From positions 7,305 to 71,304 of the forward strand of contig JAUYBI010000049.1 of NCBI GenBank assembly GCA_030693145.1: DNA of 64,000 nt, read 5' to 3'. This document shows positions 19,207-28,750 of this stretch, piece after piece. The stretch is from Candidatus Omnitrophota bacterium (GTDB lineage Bacteria; Omnitrophota; Gorgyraeia; Gygaellales; Profunditerraquicolaceae). The notes below the pieces were generated by a model. That model searched no databases. It had not been told where the DNA came from and saw only the letters and a program-made list of their open reading frames with translations. Position 1 is the first letter of the stretch; every line of letters begins with the position of its first letter. A program made the position numbers and the translations under genes.

Positions 19207-21219
19207 ATGAACCCGGAAAATAAAGAGTTTATTATCAGCGAGCTGTCATTTTTTGCGGGCTTGAGCAAAAAAGAGTTGGCCATCATTAATGCCAAAAGCC
19301 AGGTTATTGAATACCGCAAAGGCCAAATTATTTACGAAGAAGGCTCTGCCCCCAGCGCTTTTTATTGTATTATTTCGGGCCGGGTACAAATTTACACTAA
19401 GGATAAAGACGGTAACCAATTAATTTTAGAATATCTGCACCGGGGTAAATATTTCGGCATTATTTCTTTGCTTACTAATGAAACACATTCGGTTACTAGC
19501 GAAGCAATGAATGATTGTGCTATTCTGGTGATTCAGAGAGATGATTTCAATCCCCTGCTGCAGAGTATTCCGCATTTGGCCATTGATTTAAGCCGCTCCT
19601 TAAGCCGCCGGCTTAAGCGTAAAGACATCCATCAGAAAAAAATATTTGAGAGTACGGTTATTTCGGTGTTTAGCTCTTATGCCCAGGCAGGAAAAACCGT
19701 TTACGCCTTGAATCTCGCGCTTAGCCTTAATCGTGAAACGCATAAATCGGTAATTGTTTTGGATATTTTAGCTAAGGGCAAGATACACACTTTGCCGCAA
19801 AAGCTCCAAATCCAGCAGCCGCCGATATTTGATTTATCCAGCAAGGCCGATATTCATGTTTTGCCCAAAGAGCTTATCTTAAGAAATAACTTTGGTATTG
19901 AACTGCTTTGTTTTTATTATGAGGAGGATAATGATTCTTGCCTTAAAAGATTAATTGAAATATTAAGTATTTTGGTTAATGACTACCATTATATTATTTT
20001 AGATTTGCCTGCGGCGATGGACCGCTCAATCATCAGCATGCTTAATCAAAGCGACCTGATCCACATATTGAGCAGCCCGGATCCTTGCGATTTAAAACGT
20101 ACGAATAACCTGATCAGCCGCTTGAAAAAGGATTTTAATTTTGATCCGGGTAAAATAAAGACCATTATTAATGAATATAAATTATCCAAGATTGGCCATA
20201 GCGGCCAGTTAGAAATCCTGGGCCAGGATATTTTCGCTACTATTCCTAAGATAAAATTTGACGCGCCAGCCCGGTTAATTATTGATGCGCCGGATTGCGA
20301 ATATTCCCAGGCAGTCAGGCGTATTGCCCGGCAGTTAGGGGATTGCCTGGTGGGTTTAGTGCTGGGAGTAGGGGTAGGGTATGGTTTTTGCCATCTGGGG
20401 GTATTAAAGGTTATCGAGGAAGAAAATATTCCGGTTGATATTATCGTCGGCTCCAGTATCGGCGCGCTCATTGCCAGCCTCTGGGCTGTCGGTAAAAGCA
20501 GCAGTGAAATCTTAGAGATCATGCGGGAGTTCAGAGAGCCCAAGCATATTTGGGGCTTGATTGACATAACTTTTCCGCGCCTGGGTTTTATCAAAGGCAA
20601 TAAATTGTACCGGTTTTTAAAGAAGCATCTGGGAGATAAAACTTTTTATGATGTAAAACTTCCCTTAAAAATAATTGCCAGCGATGTGCGGAAGAAAGAA
20701 CCGAAGATTTTAGACAAAGGGCTCTTAGTTGATGCTATAATGGCCTCCTGTTCCATGCCGGGGGTGTTTGCGCCTTTTAAGTTCAAAGAAGAGGTGCTTT
20801 TTGATGGCGGGGTGACCTATCCTTTGCCCACTGAGCCTTTAATGCAGATGGGGATCAAAAAGATTATCGCCGTCAATGTTACCCCCTCCCGGGAGGATAT
20901 TTTAAATCAGCTAAAAAAGCTAAAAGAAGGAGTTCCGCCGGAGTCGAGCGGGGAGATTCAGAAAGCCAGCCGCCCGGGTTTGTTTGGCCGGCTAAAGAAT
21001 TTTTTTAACTTTAATATCGTAGATATTATTTTTAGTAGTGTTGAGGTCTTGCAGTCTGAGGTCGCCAGGCGTGAAGGTGAGTTGGCGGATATTGTTTTAC
21101 ATCCGGATACTACAGGTTTATTCTGGCTGGAACTGCATAAGGCGGATGAATTTGCCAAGCGCGGAGAGGCTGAGGCGCGTAAACATTTAGCGAGGATTTG
21201 GCAGCTGGTCAATGAATGA
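19207..21219 (+). CDS. cNMP-binding + MinD/CpaE-like P-loop + patatin phospholipase fusion
   Basis: N-terminal CNB (G.YFG.ISLL), central AGKT and IILDLP, C-terminal GSSIG and DGG. Confidence 0.82.
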   Translation: MNPENKEFIISELSFFAGLSKKELAIINAKSQVIEYRKGQIIYEEGSAPSAFYCIISGRVQIYTKDKDGNQLILEYLHRGKYFGIISLLTNETHSVTSEAMNDCAILVIQRDDFNPLLQSIPHLAIDLSRSLSRRLKRKDIHQKKIFESTVISVFSSYAQAGKTVYALNLALSLNRETHKSVIVLDILAKGKIHTLPQKLQIQQPPIFDLSSKADIHVLPKELILRNNFGIELLCFYYEEDNDSCLKRLIEILSILVNDYHYIILDLPAAMDRSIISMLNQSDLIHILSSPDPCDLKRTNNLISRLKKDFNFDPGKIKTIINEYKLSKIGHSGQLEILGQDIFATIPKIKFDAPARLIIDAPDCEYSQAVRRIARQLGDCLVGLVLGVGVGYGFCHLGVLKVIEEENIPVDIIVGSSIGALIASLWAVGKSSSEILEIMREFREPKHIWGLIDITFPRLGFIKGNKLYRFLKKHLGDKTFYDVKLPLKIIASDVRKKEPKILDKGLLVDAIMASCSMPGVFAPFKFKEEVLFDGGVTYPLPTEPLMQMGIKKIIAVNVTPSREDILNQLKKLKEGVPPESSGEIQKASRPGLFGRLKNFFNFNIVDIIFSSVEVLQSEVARREGELADIVLHPDTTGLFWLELHKADEFAKRGEAEARKHLARIWQLVNE

Positions 21220-21240
21220 TTAAAATTAAATAATATAGTA

Positions 21241-21363
21241 TTTCCCCCTCGCGGGAGCTCGGGGTCATTTTTCCCCAAGCGCCGGAGGCTGGGGAAAAAG
21301 TTCTCCCCCTCGCGGGAGCTCGGGGTCATTTTTCCCCAAGCGCCGGAGGCTGGGGAAAAATGA
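21241..21363. repeat. Tandem duplication of a 61-bp GC-rich hairpin unit
   Basis: TCCCCCTCGCGGGAGCTCGGGGTCATTTTTCCCCAAGCGCCGGAGGCTGGGGAAAAA present twice. Confidence 0.9.
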
Positions 21364-21373
21364 GGAGCCATAA

Positions 21374-21859
21374 ATGAATAAACGTTTTGTTTCGATCGCT
21401 GTATGTTATTTACTAATTATGGTTTTGTCAGGATGCGCAACAGTCAAAGAGATGGGGAAGGGTTTTATCGGCGTATCTACGCAGGTCTTAGAAGAAAAGC
21501 GCAAGGATGCCTTGAAAAAATCTTTTGCTCTGGGATATAATGACTGCTATGTTAAAGTTAAGGATATCCTGAATACTAAGGATAAAGAATCCAGTATCTA
21601 TGCAGAGGATCTTGAGAAAAAGATGATTGCTATTTATCTTTCTCCCACAGATACTACCCCTGTAGGAATATTCTTTACTGAGGAAACAGGAGCCAGCACC
21701 TTGATTGAAATATCCAGCCCCAGCATTTACGCTAAAGAGGAAATCGCAAATAGAATATTTACCGGTATTGATACGTTACTTAATCCTAAACCCAAGCCTA
21801 ATATTCAAAACCAACAGGAGAAGAAAACTGATGTTAAAGAAAAAGTTATCAATCAATGA
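21374..21859 (+). CDS. Hypothetical lipoprotein
   Basis: Lipobox LSGC, SD GAGGAG. Confidence 0.75.
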   Translation: MNKRFVSIAVCYLLIMVLSGCATVKEMGKGFIGVSTQVLEEKRKDALKKSFALGYNDCYVKVKDILNTKDKESSIYAEDLEKKMIAIYLSPTDTTPVGIFFTEETGASTLIEISSPSIYAKEEIANRIFTGIDTLLNPKPKPNIQNQQEKKTDVKEKVINQ

Positions 21860-22139
21860 TTTAATTAAGGAGTGCCACCGCGTTGCTAAAAGCAAGGGTT
21901 GGTGGGATGATACGCGTAATGACGGGGAGTTAATCGCGCTGATGCATTCGGAATTATCCGAGGCCCTGGAGGCAATGCGCAGTCACGATAAAGAAAATAA
22001 TCTGGCGGAGGAATTGGCAGACTGCTGTATCCGCATATTCGATTATTGCGGCTCGCGAAAAATAGACCTGGAAAAAGCGTTATTAAAGAAAATTGAATAT
22101 AATAAAACCCGTGCTTATCGGCACGGAAAGAAGTTTTAA
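21831..22139 (+). CDS. MazG-like all-alpha NTP pyrophosphohydrolase
   Basis: HSELSEALEA, EELAD..IRIFD, R.YRHGK. Confidence 0.85.
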   Translation: MLKKKLSINDLIKECHRVAKSKGWWDDTRNDGELIALMHSELSEALEAMRSHDKENNLAEELADCCIRIFDYCGSRKIDLEKALLKKIEYNKTRAYRHGKKF

Positions 22140-22153
22140 AAGGGGGGAATATA

Positions 22154-22390
22154 ATGCCATACGATAGCAGTTTGGATACGCAGGTGTTCACGCGGTTTTG
22201 GGAGAATGATTCCGGTAAAATTGTGGTCAGCGTTTATTCTTATAATAAGGGGCCTAAAAAGATTCAAATCGTCAGAGAGGTAAAAGATAGGAACGGCGAA
22301 TATGCTTTCGCCAAACTTGGGCGCCTGGTAAAAGAAGAAGCGGAGGGCGTATTACCATTGATCCAGGAAGCACTTAAATCGATGCAGTAA
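22154..22390 (+). CDS. Small hypothetical protein
   Basis: Good SD, operonic; VSVYSYN.G.KKIQI.R...KLGRL. Confidence 0.75.
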   Translation: MPYDSSLDTQVFTRFWENDSGKIVVSVYSYNKGPKKIQIVREVKDRNGEYAFAKLGRLVKEEAEGVLPLIQEALKSMQ

Positions 22391-22391
22391 A

Positions 22392-23948
22392 ATGATGGCG
22401 CAGAAAAAAAAGAGGGATAGCTGGGGGTCACGCCTGGGAATTATTATGGCCGTGGCGGGTTCAGCCATTGGCCTGGGAAATTTCCTGCGTTTTCCGGCTA
22501 AGGCTGCGGCTAACGGCGGGGGAGCGTTCATGATCCCCTATTTTATTTCTCTTTTGCTTTTAGGAATACCCCTGATGTGGATTGAATGGACTCTGGGCCG
22601 TTACGGAGGAGGATTTGAGCATGGCACTGCCCCCGGAATATTCCATAGCCTCTGGCAGAAAAACCGCTTTATTAAATATTTCGGAGTCATCGGAATATTC
22701 GGCCCGCTAGTTATCTTCATCTATTATATCTTTATTGAATCCTGGACTCTGGCTTACAGTTTCTTTGCTTTAACCGGCAGGTATACCGCTCTTCTGGACC
22801 AGCATTCTTTGCGCAGCTTTTTGATCGGTTTTCAGGGGTTAGAGAAAAATCAGTATTTTAATGGCATAGGAACCGCGTATACCTTCTTTTTAATTACTTT
22901 TTTATTGAATGTTTGGGTAATTTTTTATGGAATAAAAGGGGGAATAGAAAAGCTCTGTAAGTGGGCGATGCCGCTATTGTTTATTTTTGGTTTAGTGCTG
23001 ATGATCAGAGTGTTTACCTTAGGGGTTCCGGATTTAAGCAGGCCGGGTTGGAATGTTTCCGCAGGATTTGGTTTTTTATGGAATCCGGATTTTTCCGCGC
23101 TCAAGTCGGCTAAAGTCTGGCTGGAGGCAGCCGGACAGATATTTTTCACCTTAAGTGTGGGTATCGGAGTAATTCTTACCTATGCCAGTTATTTGAAGAA
23201 AGCCGATGATGTTGTGCTTTCCGGGCTTACCGCCTCGGTGACTAATGAAGTTGCCGAAGTCATCCTGGGGGCCAGCATAATTATTCCGGCGGCATTTGTA
23301 TTTTTTGGGCCGGTGGATATTAAATTAATTGCGCAGTCCGGGGTATTTAATTTAGGCTTTGTAACTATGCCGCTGGTTTTAAATAAATTACCCTGGCCGC
23401 AGCTTTTTGGATTCTTTTGGTTTTTTCTATTATTTTTAGCCGGAATAACCTCTTCGGTTTCTTTGGCGCAGCCGGCAGTGGCATTTTTAGAGGATGAGTT
23501 CAATATTAACCGTAAACGGGCAGTTTCCATATTTGGTATAGTTTCGTTCATCTTGTGCCAGCCGGCAATATTTTTTCTGGGCCGGGGAGTAGTTGATGAA
23601 TTGGATTTTTGGGGCGGCACATTTTTTCTGGTAGTTTTTGCTACCATTGAGACCATATTATTTGCCTGGGTATTTGGTATGGATAAAGCCTGGGAGGAGA
23701 TCCATCAGGGCGCGGATATGACGATACCTAAGGTTTATAAATTTATCATTAAGTATATCACGCCTGCATTCTTATTTATTATTTTAGGCCTGTGGTTTGC
23801 GCAAGAGTGGCTGCCGATAATCATGATGAAAAATGTATCCGGCGTAAATAAGCCGTTTATTTTTTGTACGCGTTTGGGTTTATTGCTTGTATTTATAATC
23901 CTGGTGGTTTTGGTAAGGATTGCTTGGAGGCGTAGAAAGCTAAAATAG
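22392..23948 (+). CDS. Sodium-dependent transporter (NSS/LeuT-like)
   Basis: GSAIGLGNFLRFP, GGGAFMIPY, QIFFTLS. Confidence 0.95.
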   Translation: MMAQKKKRDSWGSRLGIIMAVAGSAIGLGNFLRFPAKAAANGGGAFMIPYFISLLLLGIPLMWIEWTLGRYGGGFEHGTAPGIFHSLWQKNRFIKYFGVIGIFGPLVIFIYYIFIESWTLAYSFFALTGRYTALLDQHSLRSFLIGFQGLEKNQYFNGIGTAYTFFLITFLLNVWVIFYGIKGGIEKLCKWAMPLLFIFGLVLMIRVFTLGVPDLSRPGWNVSAGFGFLWNPDFSALKSAKVWLEAAGQIFFTLSVGIGVILTYASYLKKADDVVLSGLTASVTNEVAEVILGASIIIPAAFVFFGPVDIKLIAQSGVFNLGFVTMPLVLNKLPWPQLFGFFWFFLLFLAGITSSVSLAQPAVAFLEDEFNINRKRAVSIFGIVSFILCQPAIFFLGRGVVDELDFWGGTFFLVVFATIETILFAWVFGMDKAWEEIHQGADMTIPKVYKFIIKYITPAFLFIILGLWFAQEWLPIIMMKNVSGVNKPFIFCTRLGLLLVFIILVVLVRIAWRRRKLK

Positions 23949-23958
23949 GGGGGTAGAG

Positions 23959-24063
23959 GTGAAATTAGGAGGATGGATTTTTTTAATTTTTTCCTGGGGA
24001 TTAATTATCGGCCTGACTATTTTCTGTTTTATTAAAGTTTTTTCAAAAAGGGAGCCAAGATGA
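23959..24063 (+). CDS. 34-aa single-TM protein, probable NSS transporter small subunit (MetS-like)
   Basis: Not in ORF track; VKLGGWIFLIFSWGLIIGLTIFCFIKVFSKREPR; stop overlaps next ATG. Confidence 0.7.
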   Translation: MKLGGWIFLIFSWGLIIGLTIFCFIKVFSKREPR

Positions 24064-24443
24064 ACAGGTGCTTTGCGGTTATTTTAGTATTATGTTTTCT
24101 TCCATTAATTTGTGGATGCGTGCCTCTGATTATCGGGGCAGCCGCAGGCGGTATGGGGGCATATGCGGTAAGCAAGGATACTGTGCAGGGGGATACGGAT
24201 AAGAATTATGAGGCGCTTTGGGGCTCAGCCTTGAGGGTTGCCAGTGCTTATGGCACAATCCAGCAGGAAAATGCCAGTACCGGTTATATTGAATTAGGGG
24301 CGCAATCCAGCAAAGTTTGGATAAAATTAGTCCGCTTGACTCAGGCGACAACTCGGGTTAGGGTGTCTGCGCGTAAATACCATTTCCCCAACATGGAGCT
24401 GGCGCAGGATATTTTTGTGAAGATTATTACCGGTGTGAGATAA
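24060..24443 (+). CDS. Lipoprotein (DUF3568-like)
   Basis: Lipobox ICGC followed by Gly/Ala-rich segment. Confidence 0.7.
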   Translation: MNRCFAVILVLCFLPLICGCVPLIIGAAAGGMGAYAVSKDTVQGDTDKNYEALWGSALRVASAYGTIQQENASTGYIELGAQSSKVWIKLVRLTQATTRVRVSARKYHFPNMELAQDIFVKIITGVR

Positions 24444-24573
24444 GAGATTCCTCGTATTTTTATCTTTTCTTTTTGGGGAATCTGTGTACAATATAACAAA
24501 AGCTTAAAATAATATTTAGCCGAGATAGCTCTCCGCCACAAAGCGTGGCGGATTCGCTAAGACATAAAAGTTA

Positions 24574-24645
24574 GCCGAGATAGCTCAGTGGTAGAGCGCG
24601 GCCCTGAAAAGGCCGGCGTGGGGGGTCCGATTCCCTCTCTCGGCA
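24574..24645 (+). tRNA. tRNA-Phe(GAA)
   Basis: Cloverleaf GCCGAGA/TCTCGGC, anticodon arm CGGCC-CTGAAAA-GGCCG; T-loop TCCGATT; no encoded CCA. Confidence 0.92.
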
Positions 24646-24651
24646 TTTAAT

Positions 24652-24683
24652 AAAAAGAGGGGTTTTCATAACCCCTCTTTTTT
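24652..24683 (+). terminator. Intrinsic terminator after tRNA-Phe
   Basis: AAAAAGAGGGGTT-TTCAT-AACCCCTCTTTTTT. Confidence 0.8.
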
Positions 24684-24863
24684 GTTTATGTTATGGCGTA
24701 ATTGTGTGGAAAACATACAGTTACGCCTTTTTGTTTTCCTATACTTAATTAGTTAATTTTGTATGAATTTGTATTTTCTTTATAGTTATTGGCTCATTAA
24801 CGGCTCAAACTTATTGAGTCATTGCGAGGAGCCGAAGGCGACGAAGCAATCTCAGGAGGTTTT

Positions 24864-25400
24864 ATGGCCTACGATCACATTAGAATATTAAATACTTTAT
24901 TTGCTAGCGGTGTATGGTATGAAATGACTCTGTCTGAAGTTAGAGTTTATGTCGCTATATGCAGCCACTGGAATTGGCAGAGATTAGAGGCATATCCTGC
25001 CATAAACACCCTTGCTGAAGAAACCCGTCTTTCCCGGCGCGGAGTTATCTATGCCCTAGAGCGGCTAAAAAAGAGGGGCCTCATCAGGGTTATTAAGAAG
25101 GGTCGCAAAAACTATTACCAAATCTTTGATTATCTTTTCAAAATGACTGCAACCTCAATAGGTGCAAAAAGTGCACTAATGGAATGGATAGGTGCAGATT
25201 TCGCTAAAACAGGTGAACAGGAGCGCGTAGATGGGTGCAGCCATATTCACCACCATATTAACTATACAATAAACAATACAACTATAACTAATTCCTTTAA
25301 CGCATCTAGCGAGAAAGCTGAACCTGATTATCTAAGGCAAATGCGTAGCGATCTTTTGGCAAGCGGGAGATATTTCTCGCCTAATCGCATAAAATTGTAG
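24864..25400 (+). CDS. Winged-HTH protein, phage/plasmid replication-initiator-like (HTH_36)
   Basis: AYPAINTLAEETRLSRRGVIYALERLKKRGLI; SD AGGAGG before ATG 24864. Confidence 0.7.
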   Translation: MAYDHIRILNTLFASGVWYEMTLSEVRVYVAICSHWNWQRLEAYPAINTLAEETRLSRRGVIYALERLKKRGLIRVIKKGRKNYYQIFDYLFKMTATSIGAKSALMEWIGADFAKTGEQERVDGCSHIHHHINYTINNTTITNSFNASSEKAEPDYLRQMRSDLLASGRYFSPNRIKL

Positions 25401-25473
25401 TATAATTAGCTTTACAGTTGAAAGAGTTATTTTTGAATCTAAAAATAGAAAAATTATTGTTGGAGGTGTTGAA

Positions 25474-26565
25474 ATGAAACAGCCTTATGTACCACAGCTG
25501 CTACCGTTAGAATCAGTGGATTGGGTTAGGTTTATTACCTTAATTGGCCAAGCAAATGCTGAGCTGGCGCGATATGACGGTATATTGCAAGGCATCATTA
25601 ATCCGAGAGTCCTTTTGTCTCCATTGACTACTAATGAAGCTGTTATTTCTTCTAAAATTGAAGGAACGCAGGCTTCTTTGGAAGAGGTTTTGAAATACGA
25701 AGCTTCGCCGGATGTAAAAACTGAGAAATATGATGATATTAGGGAAATTATTAATTACCGAGAAGCAATGCGTTTCGCGATTCAATGGATGAAAGAAAAA
25801 CCTATAACGTTAAACCTAATTAAACAAATGCACGGCATGCTTCTTGACAGCGTTAGAGGTAAAGATAGAAGTCGCGGGAGTTTTAGGACTAGCCAGAATT
25901 ATATTGGTAGGTTTGGCTCTACTATTGAACAAGCAAGCTATGTTCCGCCTGAACCAGCGATTCTTATGGAGCATCTTTCAAATTTTGAGAAATATATCCA
26001 TTATGATGAAAAAGATCGCTTGGTACAATTGGCTATTATTCATGCGCAATTTGAAATAATTCATCCTTTTTTAGATGGCAATGGCAGATTAGGTAGAATC
26101 TTAATACCGCTCTTTCTTTATGAAAAGAAAGTGCTTAATTCTCCGATGTTTTATATAAGTGAATATCTTGAGAGTAATCGCGAAGAATATTACGCAAAAC
26201 TGAGGGCAATATCTGAAGATAAAAAATGGGATGACTGGATTGAATTTTTCCTTCGGGCGATCGTCGCGCAAGCAAAGGCCAATAGCGTTAAAGCAAAAGC
26301 GATACTCGAGTTATATGAAATTAAAAAACACAAACTTTCAGAGCTGACGCACTCTCAATATGTCATAAAAGTTCTAGATACGATGTTTGCGCGCCCGCTT
26401 TTTTCAACAACAGATTTTATTAAAATTTCAAAGATACCTAAAGAAAGCGCTATTAGGCTTTTACGACTACTTAAGAAAGAAAAGATACTGACTACGCTTC
26501 GGGAGGGTAAAGGAAGAAGCCCGGAGATACTCATATTTAATAAGCTTTTCGATATTGTGCAATAA
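25474..26565 (+). CDS. Fic family protein (Fic_N + Fic + C-terminal HTH)
   Basis: SSKIEGT, HPFLDGNGRLGR. Confidence 0.95.
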   Translation: MKQPYVPQLLPLESVDWVRFITLIGQANAELARYDGILQGIINPRVLLSPLTTNEAVISSKIEGTQASLEEVLKYEASPDVKTEKYDDIREIINYREAMRFAIQWMKEKPITLNLIKQMHGMLLDSVRGKDRSRGSFRTSQNYIGRFGSTIEQASYVPPEPAILMEHLSNFEKYIHYDEKDRLVQLAIIHAQFEIIHPFLDGNGRLGRILIPLFLYEKKVLNSPMFYISEYLESNREEYYAKLRAISEDKKWDDWIEFFLRAIVAQAKANSVKAKAILELYEIKKHKLSELTHSQYVIKVLDTMFARPLFSTTDFIKISKIPKESAIRLLRLLKKEKILTTLREGKGRSPEILIFNKLFDIVQ

Positions 26566-26742
26566 TCTTGTGTGTAATAAATGATGCGCTATATAGTTTG
26601 TGTGTCAAAAAATAGATAAAATGACACACAAGTCATTTTGTGTGTAATATATGACACGCAGTAAAATCTTGTAATAAGACTATTAAGCAATATTCGCTAT
26701 ATAAAGATTCGAGGATTGATACTTGAAGTAAAGGAGATTAGA

Positions 26743-28749
26743 GTGACGATTAATTTTAAAGAGAGTGCAAGTTTTATTTGGAGCATGGCCGAACTTTTGC
26801 GCGGAGACTATAAGCAGTCTGAATACGGCCGGGTGATATTACCGCTTACGGTTTTGCGACGTCTGGATTGTGTGCTTGAGCCAACTAAGGAAGCAGTGTT
26901 GTCATATTTGCCACAAACTAAAGGATTATCGCCAGAAGCCGCCGAGACGGTACTTAAGAAAAAAGCGAAGTTATCTTTTTACAGTAAGAGCAAGTTTGAT
27001 TTTCAGAAACTGGTTGCTGATCCCAATGACATAGCCGCTAACCTAAGAAATTATATCAACGGTTTTTCTAAGAACGCCCGCAGTATTCTGGAACATTTTA
27101 ATTTTAATGATCATATCGAGCGGCTTGATAAATCGAATCTTTTGTATATGATCGTCAAGCGTTTTGCCGAAGTTGATCTGCATCCAGACAAGATTCAAAA
27201 CATTGAGATGGGCTATATCTTTGAAGAGCTTATTCGCAAGTTCGCCGACCTTTCCAATGAAACAGCCGGAGAACACTTTACGCCACGCGAAGTTATCCGG
27301 CTTATGGTCAATATTCTCTTTCTGAACGATAAAGATGTTCTTACTAAAAAAGGTATCGTAAAAACTCTATACGATCCTGCATGTGGAACTGGAGGTATGC
27401 TCTCTGTAGCTGAAGAATATCTTCGTGAACTTAACCCCGGTGCAGATTTACGCGTATTCGGTCAGGAGTTAAATCCTGAGTCTTATGCTATTTGTAATTC
27501 TGACATGCTCATTAAGGGGCAGAATACGGAGCATATTAAGTTTGGCAATTCCTTCACGCAAGATGGACTTAAAGACGAAAAGTTTGACTATATGCTGAGC
27601 AATCCTCCCTTTGGTGTGGAGTGGAAAAAGATTGAGGAGGAAATTACCAAGGAATACGAGAAGTTGGGTTTTTCTGGGCGTTTTGGCGCTGGACTTCCGC
27701 GTATCAGTGACGGCTCTTTTCTATTCTTACAGCACATGATTTCTAAGATGCGACCGGAGAATGGTGGCGCGCGGCTAGGGATAGTTTTCAACGGTTCACC
27801 TCTTTTTTCGGGTGGGGCCGTAAGTGGTGAAAGTGAAATCCGTAAATGGATTATTGAAAATGATATGCTCGAAGCGATTATTGCGATGCCGGATCAACTT
27901 TTCTATAACACCGGCATTTCGACTTACATTTGGATTGTTACGAATCGTAAAGAGAAGGAACGCAAAGACAAGATTCAGTTTATCAACGCGGTTGAGTCTT
28001 TTAGTAAAATGCCCCGTAGCCTTGGGAATAAACGAAATGAAATTAGTGATGAGCATATTACTGAAATTACCAAGATTTACGGAGAATTTAAGGAGTGTGA
28101 ATACTGCAAAATATTTCCTAACGAATATTTTGGCTATACGCGCGTAACAGTGGAAAGGTCGCTTCGGCTTAATTTTCAGGTTTTAAAGGAACGGATTGAG
28201 CGGCTTGATGAGCAGCCAGGACTAATTAATCTGGCTAAATCCAAGAAGAAAGGCAAAGAAGGATTAAGGGAAATCGAGGAAGGCGAAAAACTGAAAAAAG
28301 ATATCAAGGTGATGTTATTAACTTTCGATTCTAAGCTTTATAGGAACCGTGAGAAGTTTATTGAGGTTATCGAGCAAGTTGCAGAAAAATCAAGGCTTGA
28401 GATTAAAGCGCCTGTGATGAAGGCGATCCTTGAAGCTCTATCCGAGCGAGATGGAACGGCAGATATCTGTATGGATAAAGACGGGAATCCGGAGCCGGAT
28501 ACTGATCTGCGGGATTATGAAAACATTCCACTTATGGATAATATTGAGGATTATTTCAAGCGCGAAGTTTTGCCTCATGTGTCTGACGCGTGGATGGACA
28601 GGAGCAAAGATAAAGTCGGCTATGAGATAAATTTTACCAAGGAGTTTTATAAATACAAACCGCTAAGATCACTGAAAGAGATTCGCAATGATATCCTCGC
28701 ATTGGAAAAAGAAACCGAAGGGCTAATGGGGGAGGTTTTGAAAGACTAA
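26743..28749 (+). CDS. hsdM: Type I R-M methyltransferase HsdM
   Basis: GEHFTPREV, YDPACGTGGML, NPPFG; start probably GTG 26743. Confidence 0.95.
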   Translation: MTINFKESASFIWSMAELLRGDYKQSEYGRVILPLTVLRRLDCVLEPTKEAVLSYLPQTKGLSPEAAETVLKKKAKLSFYSKSKFDFQKLVADPNDIAANLRNYINGFSKNARSILEHFNFNDHIERLDKSNLLYMIVKRFAEVDLHPDKIQNIEMGYIFEELIRKFADLSNETAGEHFTPREVIRLMVNILFLNDKDVLTKKGIVKTLYDPACGTGGMLSVAEEYLRELNPGADLRVFGQELNPESYAICNSDMLIKGQNTEHIKFGNSFTQDGLKDEKFDYMLSNPPFGVEWKKIEEEITKEYEKLGFSGRFGAGLPRISDGSFLFLQHMISKMRPENGGARLGIVFNGSPLFSGGAVSGESEIRKWIIENDMLEAIIAMPDQLFYNTGISTYIWIVTNRKEKERKDKIQFINAVESFSKMPRSLGNKRNEISDEHITEITKIYGEFKECEYCKIFPNEYFGYTRVTVERSLRLNFQVLKERIERLDEQPGLINLAKSKKKGKEGLREIEEGEKLKKDIKVMLLTFDSKLYRNREKFIEVIEQVAEKSRLEIKAPVMKAILEALSERDGTADICMDKDGNPEPDTDLRDYENIPLMDNIEDYFKREVLPHVSDAWMDRSKDKVGYEINFTKEFYKYKPLRSLKEIRNDILALEKETEGLMGEVLKD

Positions 28750-28750
28750 A

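Noticed and set aside
21241-21363. Possible CRISPR array
   Set aside because: Only two abutting 61-bp units, no unique spacers, no cas genes
24822-24863. N-terminal extension MRGAEGDEAISGGF of the HTH ORF
   Set aside because: It is translation of a palindromic repeat; the SD supports ATG 24864
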